This document shows, one piece after another, positions 39,606-50,647 of a DNA stretch of 64,000 bases (the stretch's first letter is position 1; each line of letters begins with the position of its first letter). Under the pieces are notes generated by a model. It had not been told where the DNA came from and searched no databases. It saw only the letters and a program-made list of their open reading frames with translations. The DNA comes from Raja brachyura (lineage: Eukaryota), in the NCBI GenBank assembly GCA_963514005.1, contig OY740792.1:36146001-36210000 (forward strand). The letters are read 5' to 3'. The translations under genes were made by a program, and so were the position numbers.

Positions 39606-40219
39606 ATAACAGTTAACATAAATATATCCACCACAACGGATATAACGCTGTAATTTTACCAACCGTTTCTATCTTCACAAGTTGTGTTTGCCTTTCCCAG
39701 ACATCTGCTAAACTATTATAGCGTTATGCATAGCATCAGAGTTATTGACTTGCAGAGAATCAGGCCCTTCAGCCCATCACCTCCCTGCTGATTATTTTTC
39801 CTAATTGCTGGCATTGTATTCATACCCTTCTATGCCTTGCCTCCTTTCTTAGTCAGACCCAAAGAACTACAGAGCATGGAAACAGGCCCTTCTGCCCACC
39901 GTATCCATGCCGACCAAGGTTGCATACTGGGCTAGTCCCATAAACCCTCTAAACCCCAACGATCCATGTATTGTCCAAATGCCTTTTAAGAGTCATGGCA
40001 AGTCTTGGCCTAAGTTTTAGAAACCGTTCACACAAAAAACAGATGACTTTCCAAGATCTATAAAGCCTCTTGCATTGGTTCCAGTTTCCAGTTGACTGCT
40101 TATTCTTTTTTTAAAGTCTTCACCAATGTCCATAAAAATTGAAAAGTGAAAATACTCAAGAAAAAACATCAATAATATTTGATTTTGATGGTGGTAAAAG
40201 ATTGTTGCTGATATGACTA

Positions 40220-40495
40220 CAGACACTCCCTGACGTACGCAATAGGCGATTTACGTAAACTCGCACTTACGTAAAAGATTCTGTACTCAGTCCCTAGTGC
40301 AATCAAGGCAGTTTGAAAATTCCACAACACTGTACAATCATTCAAGTTTACATCAGAAACAAGCCGCCAATGGCCACAGCGTTTAGCCAGAAGGCCTTGC
40401 GCCCCCGAAAGTGCCCCGGACGCAGCTGGAAGTCGCTGAGACAGTTAATACTCGGTGAGTTATATTTCAGGCAGGGGATGGGGATGCTGATTTCG
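40220..40495. mobile_element. Probable pogo/Tigger-type transposon left end
   Basis: TA|CAGACACTCCCTGACGTACG with repeated TTACGTAAA sub-terminal motifs. No matching right end was found. Confidence 0.45.
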
Positions 40496-40575
40496 ACTTC
40501 AGTTTGGTTCAGTTTATTGTCACGTGTACCGAGGCATAGTGAAAAGCTTTTGTTGCCAGTCCACGGAAAGACAAT

Positions 40576-42518
40576 GGGTGATTCTTCAGTAAGTGTTTAC
40601 TTTGAAGTTTCTGGATTATAAAACTTACATTTTTGCAACTTTGAAAGTTGTTTCACATAGATGAACTCTGCTATGGGAAAAATATTTTTGCCGCAATCTT
40701 TTAGAGAATTTAATTTATTTTTTCCTCTTCTTTTTCCAGGTTGCCCATTGCATTCAGTCATATCCGCCGCATTTTTATGATGAACAACACTGTAAAATAT
40801 AACTGATTTAAGAATATAAAATCAAATTTTTGTCGCAGTCTTTCAAATTATAGAGTATCTTCCTCAAATAAACCACCAAACAAATACTTTTTTCAGTCTA
40901 ACGCATTGATTTTAAACCTTCGTAACAGTTTACTGCCCAAAAAAGTGGTGATTTCAGCAAGAATGGTAACCGTCACATAACCTTTCACCAACTTCCTCTA
41001 AAACAATAGTAACTTCAGATGAATAGGCCAATGCATACTGTTCATTTATCAATTACAATTCATAATTATGGTCATTGTTGTATTATTTTACACATTATGA
41101 GCATAAAATACTTTGTGACGGACATGACAGTGTGATGGAGATGGTCAAGTTCAGGAGTGTCACGTGACGGAGATGACTAAAACTATCTTTAGGGCTAGGG
41201 TTAGCGTTAAAGCTAGATTTAGATTTAGGGTTAGGGTTATTCATGTCATCTGCAAACGATGTGCATGGACAGGAGTCCCAGCAATTATCCTGTGGATCAA
41301 CTAACGGAACAAACGGGCCGGGTCACTCCCGGTGAGCAGGGACACTCCCATGGACTAGGAATGAGAGAGGTGGTGGGGGGGGGGGGGGGGGGGGGGGCAG
41401 TGAGAAGACCCGGGGGCCTTATCCTCCGTGCCATCGAGGCTGGCTGCGGGAGGTATTAATCCATCATGTCCATCACGGTCATCTCCGTCACTTACCCCCA
41501 ATCTCCCGGACTCCAGCGCCGACTCCATCTCCAACTCCAGCCGGACACAAAAGCCTTTTGCAGCCGTTGCCTCTTCCCGCCCTCACCAGGGAACAAGGGC
41601 TGAAGAGGGCCGGGCGTGGAGAGGAAGAGGCGACGGCTTCAACAGGCCTTTGTGTCCAGCTGGTGCTGGAGCTGGAGCTGGATGGATATCGGGGATTAAG
41701 TTACGGAGATGATGGCCGTGGCGAGTATGGTGGCCCAAGCCTTTAGCCCAGCATGGCCTCGCTGGAAGGCCATGCCTGGCCATATCGTTTGGACGAATGG
41801 CACATGGCACGAACACATCTCCAGAACAACTCAAGAAAGAACAAAATGCTTTTGGTTTTCTAAGAGTTCAACACCGTTCAGTGGTGCCGGTGATGAAAGG
41901 TACTCACCCGTTACGCAGGAAAAAGCGGATTAGGAGAAATTCGCATGGTAGGGGACTTTCAAATTCCGTGGTCTATTGAGGGCGGAAGTGCGCGTCTATT
42001 CCATTTAAATCCATGTGGGATGGCTCAACAAAGGTGAGTGACGGAAAATTACTCTAATCGTCGGGACAAGGAATTTGTGAAAAACGGTAAGATTTATAAT
42101 TTTATCAAGAATAGAGGAATTTTTTTAAGGGTGATAAATATTTTAATTACAAATACCTACTGTTTAAAAGTATTTCAGATAGATCCCCCATTAAATAAAT
42201 AAGCCGACTGGAAATCTCACAAGTAACCATCGGGCCATATGGTTTTCGGGGGTTGGACACCGAACATCGGGAATGTCTCTCCACACGTTGTGAAAGGAAC
42301 TCTCCCCCCAATTAGTCCCTTGAACAAGTGTTGCCATTCAATAAGATGACAACTGATTCAACTTTTCCCTGAACATCGGGAAAAAAACAAAACACTTTAT
42401 TCATTTAGAGTTTAATTTTTATTTATGAGGATTATGTTTGTTAACAATATAGAAAAAGAAGAAATGGGATAGAATTACGGATTTTCCGTATATACAGCAT
42501 CAAAGTAGCGGGGCACCC
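40576..42518. mobile_element. 1.94-kb non-autonomous DNA transposon with GGGTG...CACCC termini and a 4-bp target duplication (possibly Sola2-like)
   Basis: Interrupts a Rex1 3' UTR exactly: ...GGAAAGA-CAAT|insert|CAAT-ACATGATTACAATC. CAAT lies at 40572-40575 and 42519-42522. TACTTTGA occurs sub-terminally at both ends in inverted orientation. Confidence 0.8.
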
Positions 42519-43588
42519 CAATACATGATTACAATCGAGCCATCCACAGTGTACAGCTGCAGGATAAAGGGAATAATGTGAATAATGTTTTGTGCAAGAT
42601 AAAGTCCAGTAAAATCCAATCAAATAAAGTCCAAGGGTCTCTAATGAGGGGGATAGTAGCTCAGGACTGCTCTCTAGTTGTTGGTAGGATAATAATAGCT
42701 GGGAAGAAACTGTCCCTGAATCTGGTGGTGTGCATCTTCACACTTTATGTGCTGCTTGCCTGATGGGAGAGGAGAAGAGGGAATGGTCAGGGTGCGACTT
42801 GTCCTTGATTATGCTGCTGGCCTTTGCCAGGCAGTGTGGTGGAAATGGAGAGGAGAGGAGAGGAGCAAGTGACTGGGGTGAGACTGGTCGCTTGTTATGC
42901 TGCTGGCCTTGCCGAGGCAGCTGTGTAAGTTGGGTAGTGCCTGCTTCATTTACCCAGGGACAAAACTTATTGTTCTCTGTCTGACACCATTTTGACAGGA
43001 AATGTGTTCTTGCTTTGTTTCCATGCAGCTGATAATGGTTTAGTTTTACCTTTCTCTAAAATTTCTCTCTCCAACTTCCTCTCACTGTTGAACCACATTG
43101 CTGCAAATTCCATTCTTTCTGCCCTGCTGCAAATTCCTAAGATGCACAATGCGCGAAATGGAGCCCTTTGTTTGAGCGATACTTAGCTGACTGGTGTCCA
43201 TATTGGCGTGAGATAAACGTCTGTGGACATTTACAGCATGAATTGTGGCAATTGCGTTGTTGCTAAAGGCATTGCTGCCTCTGCGGTCCTTACCCGACGC
43301 TATTATCTGGAATTGACAGACTGTGATAGCAATGAACACACAATGCTGGCTTAACGTCAATGCTGCCAAATCGGATCAGTGCGGGAAATGATGCTTAAAT
43401 GAGCAACAATTATCAGCGGGTGAAACCTCACCCTGTACCATCTACAGTGCAGCATCATTTACACACATTGGATTTGTCTTTCGTTTGTTTGTTTGATGTA
43501 TGTATAGTATGTATGGGTGTATATGTAAGTGTACATATATATACACACACACACATATATACACACAAGCATGTATATATTCACGCAT

Positions 43589-43732
43589 NNNNNNNNNNNN
43601 NNNNNNNNNNNNNNNNNNNNNNNNNNNNNNNNNNNNNNNNNNNNNNNNNNNNNNNNNNNNNNNNNNNNNNNNNNNNNNNNNNNNNNNNNNNNNNNNNNNN
43701 NNNNNNNNNNNNNNNNNNNNNNNNNNNNNNNN
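43589..43732. other. Assembly gap (144 N) next to a (TA)/(CA) microsatellite
   Basis: N run in the sequence. Confidence 1.
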
Positions 43733-44895
43733 AGCTGATTAAAATTATAAAATGGGAATTACTAAATATAAATAGTAAAGGCATGGGAGAATTATGCCTA
43801 TCAAAGATATCGATCTCTTACGTAGGCATAATTCTCCGTGCCTTTCATCCGCAGCACTTGCAACACGCGAAGGTCTGTGCAGCCCACGTGCCGTCAGCGC
43901 AGCTTCAAGCCGTCAATGACAAGTGAAGCTGAAGGCAGCTGAAATTCTGCCTATGCTGTACTGCGCAGGCGCAGCGCTAGTTTTTTGGCAGGTTTTTCAA
44001 ATATGGATTGTCATTATCTGAAGAGTATCTTGGAAAACAAAGAGAGAAGAATGTAGTTCGTATACCAATAATATGGTAAATATAGCTTGGGTGGTTTGAG
44101 CGGCCGCTGGGCCGGACAGCGGAAACGGCCGCCACCTCAGCGCCTTCTGCCGGCCCCCGCTCACCTCTGGCAGCTCTCCATCTATAAACCTCGCTCCTGC
44201 TGCTTGTCGCCGACCTCACTCATGTTAGCCGCTTCCCGCAAATCCTTAAATTCTGACAGCGCGATTGAGGTTACTCGGCTGTGGGAATTTAAGGATTTGC
44301 AGGAAGCGGCTGACATGAGCGAAATCGGCAAGCGACAGGTGAGAGGTGTTCAGATGGAGAGCACTGCCAAAGGTGAGCGGGCCGGCAGAAGGCACTGAAG
44401 TGGCGGCCAGTTCTGCTGTCGGCTCCCGGCGGCCGCTCACAGCCACCCGAGCTGCTTCTATCATCGGCTACAATCCGGTGGCTCCGTGTCCGGAGTGCCG
44501 CAGCAGCGGTGAGTGAGTGAGTTACTGGCATTATTCCGGACCCCTTCCTTCTCAACAATCCTGCCCTCCCCGCTACTTTACCCTTGGCACAGACTCTCCA
44601 CACGCTGTGAAAGGAACTCACTTCCCCAATTGGTCCCTTGAACAAGTGTTGTCATTCAATAAGATGACAACTGATTCAACTTTTCCCTGTACTCACATTT
44701 TTCCCTCCATCTCTTCACCTGCCATCACCCTTCACCCTTCACCCCCCCCTCCCCCGGGCAAATTGAATTGTTACTGTCTTTATTTTTATTTTTTAATTTT
44801 ACGGAGAGAACAATCTGCTCATGCGTGGTTTAAGTTTATTTTTAAAGCCGACTGACTGCCTACCTTGAGTGATTAATCACGGCATGTGCCTGGTG
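43733..44895. mobile_element. Unclassified CpG-rich element between TA-rich microsatellites, containing a 370-bp palindrome
   Basis: CpG-rich block between (TA)n-type tracts. Ends GTGATTAATCAC-ggcatgtgc-CTGG|T. The left end is probably lost in the gap. Confidence 0.55.
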
Positions 44896-44896
44896 T

Positions 44897-44975
44897 GTAC
44901 ATATATATATGTATATATACTGAATATATTATGTCTATATACTGAATATGTTATGTATATATACTGAATATATAA
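44897..44975. repeat. TA-rich tandem repeat (about 3 copies of TATATACTGAATATATTATG)
   Basis: Read directly from the sequence. Confidence 0.85.
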
Positions 44976-45929
44976 TGGGTACGACATGACAGTTCCTCTA
45001 GGATGCAATGCCGAGGCTTTATACGGCGCGGGTCAGATCACAATTGGAATATTGGAGCCCCCTATCTGAGGAAGGATGTGTTGGTGTGGGAGAGGGTCCA
45101 GAGGAGGTTTACAAGAATGATCCCGGAGGAAACTCCCGTAGTCACAGGGAGAATGTGCAAACCACATGCAGACTGACAGCAGCCAAAGTCAGGATCTAAC
45201 CCGGATACCTGGTGCTGTGAGGCAGAGAATCTACCAGCTGCTTGGTGCAACACACCAACAAAGACAAGCTTTCTTTGCACGGGTCATACACCTGCTGATC
45301 TTTCACTCCTTTACCGTGGTTTATCTTCCTTCAGTGATAAAGTGGTAATAACACTGAACCACAGTTGAGTGGAAATTTAGGACGGTCTCGGGTCACACTT
45401 GCCTGGTCCTGTTCTGATGATCTACTTTCATCTATTTGCAGCTTTAGTTTAGTTTAAAGATACAGCAGCTAAACGGGCCCTTCAGCCCACCGAGTCCATG
45501 CCGACCATCGATCACCCATTCACACTAGTTCTATGTTATCCCACTTTCACATCCACTCCCGGCATACTAGGGGTAATTCACAGAAGCCAATTAACCTACA
45601 AACCTGCAATGTGGGAGGAAACCGGAGTACCCAGAGAAAACCCACGCAGTCACAGGAAGAACGTGCAAACTCCACACACAGACAGCACCTGATTGAAATA
45701 GATTACTGCCGCCAGCACAGAATTGCATTTGGGTTTGTATATAATGGTGAGGGCCTTCTGACCACTTCCCTTGTGTGCTAGTTAGAATTAAGATGTCATC
45801 TTGACTGTAAAAGCAACATTAGACCCTTGGAACATCTTATCTTGGAGGTGATGATCTTGGTCTGTGATGAACTTACCCCATACAGTACAAACCTTCTGTG
45901 TATGTTCACTATTAAGTATTCTTGCACTT

Positions 45930-46662
45930 TGGGGTGCATCCCCACACCTTCTTGATAATGGCAACACATGTAGATCGAGCGCTTTCATCGGACGAGACAT
46001 TGTGTATGAGTCAGAGAATCGTGAAGCAAATCTGTAAGACTTTGGTTAGACCACATTTGGAGCATTGCGTGCAGTCCTGGTCGACCCACTACAGGAAGGA
46101 TGTGCAGGCTTGATGAGGGTGCAGAAGTGGTTTACTAGAATGGTGCCTGCATAAGAGGGTATTACCTACAGGAGAGGTTGGGTTAAGTTGCATTGTTTTG
46201 TCTAGTTATTTGGAGGCTGTGGCAAATCTGAAGAATATAAAATTATGAGAAGCATAGATACGATGGACAGACAGAACCTTTTTACTAGGGTGGAAATGTT
46301 GAAGACTAGAGGGCATAGCATTAAGGTGAGAGGGGAACGTTTAAAGTAGATGTGTGGGGCAATGAGGCTGTTCTTATAGCGGTGTATAAAGTCACGAGGG
46401 GAATAGATGGGGTGAATGCACTGTCTTATTCCCACGGTAGGAGAATCATGAACTAGAGGACATAGGGTTAATATGAGAAGGGGAAGATTTAATAGGAACC
46501 TGAGGGGCAACCTTTTCACACAGAGGATGGATATTTGGAACAAGCTGCCAGGGGATGTAGTTGAGGTAGGTAGAATAACAACATTTAAAAGACATTTGGA
46601 CAGGTACACAGATGGGAGAGTTTGGGATATGAACGAAACATGGGCAAATGGGACTAGCTTAG
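45930..46662 (+). mobile_element. Degenerate CR1 LINE fragments
   Basis: KTLVRPHLEHCVQSWS and two consecutive TRGH...FTQR segments. Confidence 0.8.
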
Positions 46663-46694
46663 ACAATTGGATAGTTAGGATTGTTTTCTCTGAG

Positions 46695-47002
46695 GATACT
46701 TTTTTTACTCATAGGTTTAGTCGTAGTAAGTCCTAGTAGGTCGGCATGTTAGTCGCAGGTAAGCAAGGGTAGTCGAAGATAGGTGTAGATAGTCTTCATC
46801 ATAGTCGAAGGGAGGTCGAAGGAGATCGTCTTCACTCTCCACTATTCGGTGTCCAATTTTCCCAAAGTTAGTCATAGCTAGTCTTTAACATAGTCGAAGG
46901 AGGCCTTCTACATAGTTGAAGGAGGTCTTCAACATGACATTTTTTCAAACTCTCCTAAACTCTTCTAAACTAGCCAAATAGGTCGCCCAAGTGGGATAGC
47001 TC
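46695..47002. mobile_element. Partial Harbinger-type MITE related to the one at 832-1109
   Basis: Ends in AAGTGGGATAG (compare AAGTGGGACAG); internal (T)AGTCG(A/T)AG repeats. Confidence 0.5.
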
Positions 47003-47294
47003 GAAGGAAGTCTTCAAATTGCAGCAATGGAGATCAGGTGTCAAGCTAGGAACTACTTTCTTTGTCCAATATGGACAGGAAAGGTTTAGAGGGCAAAGGA
47101 GACCAGCACAGTGGGCCAACCTGGTGGGCATGGACAAGATGGGCCGAAAGGCCCATTTCCGTGCCAGAGAGCTCCATTACTCCATCGACTGAAATAATTG
47201 CACCATCCATTCCCACGTTTCATTAGTCACCTGCCTTTCATCAGTTGGCGTCCTCTCTAAAATAAGGGATAATCAAACACATTTTAGTTCTTAT

Positions 47295-47300
47295 TTTATT
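47295..47300 (-). terminator. Candidate polyadenylation signal of the CD101-like gene
   Basis: AATAAA on the minus strand in unique sequence, followed about 15 nt later by a GT-rich tgtgtttg. An alternative AATAAA lies near 49026-49031. Confidence 0.35.
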
Positions 47301-47684
47301 ATTGCAAGACAAAATTTTACATCAGTGCTTCCTCGACAACACAAGAAACAATCATAAATGTTAGATTAAAAACAATTAAAAAATGGAATGTTCTTCAGTA
47401 AAAATCATCCACACGTATCATTTGTTCGGGTGCGGGTGCAAGTCACGATATCAGGAGTTGATTTAGTATTCTTCTGAGGCTATAATTACTCTTTTGTAAT
47501 CTTCTGAAGATACAAACCTGAAGATTCTGGTTGTAAAAGCTGCCTTAAAAAGGCTTGTGGAAGAATGGAAATGAGAGGGGTGGGAACATGCCAATTTAGT
47601 ACAAGGACATTTCGCACAAGCTTCTACTTCATCTGAGATTGTTAGGCCATTATGTGGGGGAAAATAGCTTTGCAAAGCTCATTT

Positions 47685-47992
47685 TAGTTTAGTTTAGTTT
47701 AAACATGCAGCGCATTAAAACAGGCTCCTTCGGTTCACTGTGTCTGCGCCAACCAGCGACCCCCCGCACACTAACACGATCCCACACAATAGTGATAATT
47801 TACAATTTTTACTGAAGCCAATTAGTGTACAAATCTGTACGTCTTTGAAGTGTGGGAGGAAACCGGAACACCCGGAGAAAACCCACGCAGGTCACAGGTA
47901 GAACTTATAAACTCCATACAGACAGCACTCGTAGTTAGGAGCGAAGCCGGGTCTCTGGCGCAGTAAGGCAGCAACTCTACCGCTGTGCCGCC
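47685..47992 (-). mobile_element. HE1-type V-SINE, inverted partner of 48153-48460
   Basis: Reverse complement of head, V-domain and tail. Confidence 0.88.
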
Positions 47993-48152
47993 TCCCCCCT
48001 AGTGAAATAAATCTATTGTGTGGATTATGGAAGTCGATGGTAGGAGGACAATGGGGGTGGGGAGGAGAAATGGGGGTGGTATTAGCTGTGGACAGTGGGA
48101 AGCAGTCAGTGCATCAAAGAATCAGCGTTGGAGAATGAAGCACCATCCAGAA

Positions 48153-48460
48153 GTCGCACAGCTGGTAGAGCCACTGCCTCACAGTGCCAGAGACCTGGGT
48201 TCAATCCTGACCTCGGGCACCCTAAATCTGTGTGTGGAGTTTGTACGTTCTCCCTGTGCCTGCGTGGGTTTCCTCCGGGTGCTCCGGTTTCCTACCACAT
48301 CCCAAAGATGTGTAGGTTTGTAGATTAATTGGCTTTTGTAAATTGCCCCCTTAGTGTGTGGGAATTGGATGAGAAAGTGAGATAGTATAGCACTAGTGTG
48401 AACAGGTGATGGATGGTCAGCATGGAGTTGGTGGGCCGAAGGGCCTGTTTCCACGCTATA
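48153..48460 (+). mobile_element. HE1-type V-SINE
   Basis: Head with GGTTCAATCC B box, V-domain and tail. Confidence 0.88.
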
Positions 48461-50429
48461 ACTCTGGTTGATTAGTAGGACTGGATGTTACAATCCCCAA
48501 GGTTAAACTAAGACAAAGCATCGTTCCTTTCCATATTTATCATTCTCTACCGGTTTAAAACAATAGGCTGAAAATAAATCAGCCAAATATCCCCTCATTG
48601 TAAAAGTAACATATCTATAAAAATATAAAAGTATTAAAAAGTAATAAAGCTATATAACCAACAAAAACACACAAAAAAACAGGTTCCTCATTCAGTCTAC
48701 ATAAAGTCTCTATCAACCAGAGTGTGCAGAATCCATTTGAATACAAATTGAGTTTTCCCCATCCAGACTCCGCCTGTGTGAAGACATGTGGGTTTGTAAG
48801 TTAATTGGCCCTCTGTAAATTGCCCCTAGTGTATAGGGAGTAGATGAGAATAGTGGGATAACATAGAACTAGTGTGAACGGGTGATCGATAGTCGGTGTG
48901 GACTCAGTAGCCATTGGGCCCGTTTCCATGCTGCATCTTTCATTCATAAATCAGTGTTCAGTTTGATTGTTGCCTCAAGAACTCTGTATTGAGTCCTGCA
49001 TTTGTCTCTTATCAATTGGAACTTCTTTATTTTGCTAGTTTAGTTTAGCTTTACAGATTGGAATCAGGCCCTTCAGCCCACCGAGTCCGTGCCGACCATC
49101 GATCAATTGTTCACACTAGTTCTATGTTATATACTCTGTATCTACACACTAGGGGAAATTTAAAGCATGCACTTTTAGAATATCATCTACTGACTTGTTC
49201 TGTATTGTGTATATGACAGTATATACAATTTGGGGCAGTTCATGGAAAGGACTGAGGTACAGCAAAGCAGAAGTATTGTCAAAAACCAAGTCACACAATT
49301 GCAATTTAGGAAGTGGTTGTTCCAACGGAAGAACATTTAATACTGGCAATAATAAGATTAAACTGATTAAGCAAATCATGAGCGAAGTGTAGACACAAAG
49401 AACTGCAGGTCCTGGTATCGAGTAAAACACAAAGTGCTGGAGGAACTCAGTGAGTCAGGCAGCATCTGTGCACGGAATGAATCGGCGACTTTTTGGACTG
49501 GGACCCACATGTGGCCCCTTTAGAGTCTGGGAGATGATGGCCTGGTATTTGTGCGTGGGGTTCTGGTAAAGGGGTAGGGTAGTAGGAGCTGTCCAAGAGT
49601 TGGCGCCTGGCCCCAGCACAGTGGGGATATGCCAAACCACAACGGCAATACAAGGAATCGCAGATGCAGGAATATTGATTAAAACACAAAGTGCTGGAGG
49701 AACTCAGCGTGTCAGGCAGCATTTTTCAAGAGAGTGAGTTAGATTCAGCTCTTAGGGCTGAAGGAATCAAGGAATATGGGGAAAAAACTGGAACAGGGTA
49801 TTGATTTTAGATGATTAGCCATGATCATATTGAATAGCGGTGCTGGCTCGAAGGGCCGAATGGCCTACTCTTGCATCTATTTTTCTAAGTTTCTATGTTT
49901 TGCTATCTCTGGAGAACATGGATAGGCGACGTTCTGGGTCGCGTCCCTTCTTCAGATTAGTTTAGTTTGTGTCTAAAGATGCACAATTAAAATTATGAGG
50001 GACAAATTATACAGATAAAATACTGGAAGGGAATTAATTGGAAGGGTAGACACAACAAACTGCAGATGCTGGAGTCTTGAGCAAAACACAAAGCGCTGGA
50101 GGAACTCAGCAGGTCAGGCAGCATGTGTGGAGGAATATGGATAGGCAACATTTCCTGTCGGGATCTTTCTTCAGTTTCTGACTCTTCTTCAGCTTTGGAA
50201 CGAAGATGAACTTTCAACCAGTGAAGATTCATTTAAACAATTTAAACAATCCTCATTTGGCAAGAGTTGTGAATGCCAACTTTAAATGTAGACAACCGAC
50301 ATTTACGTTGAGTGGGTAGCTTCAGATGCGGATTGTGTGAACATCTCCCTAGCAACATATTATCTGGCTGTCATTTAATGACACACTTCGTCCACAACAG
50401 AGTGGCGCAAAGACCATTCATTCAGTGAG

Positions 50430-50647
50430 TCATATCACACTTGTATCCTCTTCATTTTTCAGATCGTCATTGATGGGTTCAATCGGTGCCCAAAAATTAT
50501 TTTCTTGAGAAGATTTCTGCGGCTTTTTCGGGTTCAGGTAAAAGTAGACAACGAGGACAAAGAGTACTATGAAGATGATGAACGGGTAGACAAATAGGAA
50601 GTAGAAGAGGGATGGAGAGGCACAGGCTTTGGTGTGGAGTGTAACAG
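50430..50647 (-). CDS. CD101: CD101-like gene, last coding exon: transmembrane helix and cytoplasmic tail
   Basis: Acceptor tttattttcAG in phase 1. Reads AVTLHTKACASPSLFYFLFVYPFIIFIVLFVLVVYFYLNPKKPQK...FWAPIEP...EEDTSVI*. The C-x4-LFYF..YPF transmembrane start is shared by IGSF3 and CD101; the basic-Trp-acidic tail is more CD101-like as recalled. The EWI family call is strong, the orthologue call moderate. Confidence 0.8.

Noticed and set aside
41189-41238. Interstitial telomere or fusion site (TTAGGG-like)
   Set aside because: Only a few degenerate units are present, and they are internal to an element with a clean target duplication.
43399-43926. ORFs spanning the N run
   Set aside because: They are artefacts of translating the assembly gap and the microsatellite.
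43977-44855. Overlapping ORFs in the GC-rich palindrome (also 41259-41979)
   Set aside because: Stop-poor GC-rich sequence with no transposase or other recognisable motif.
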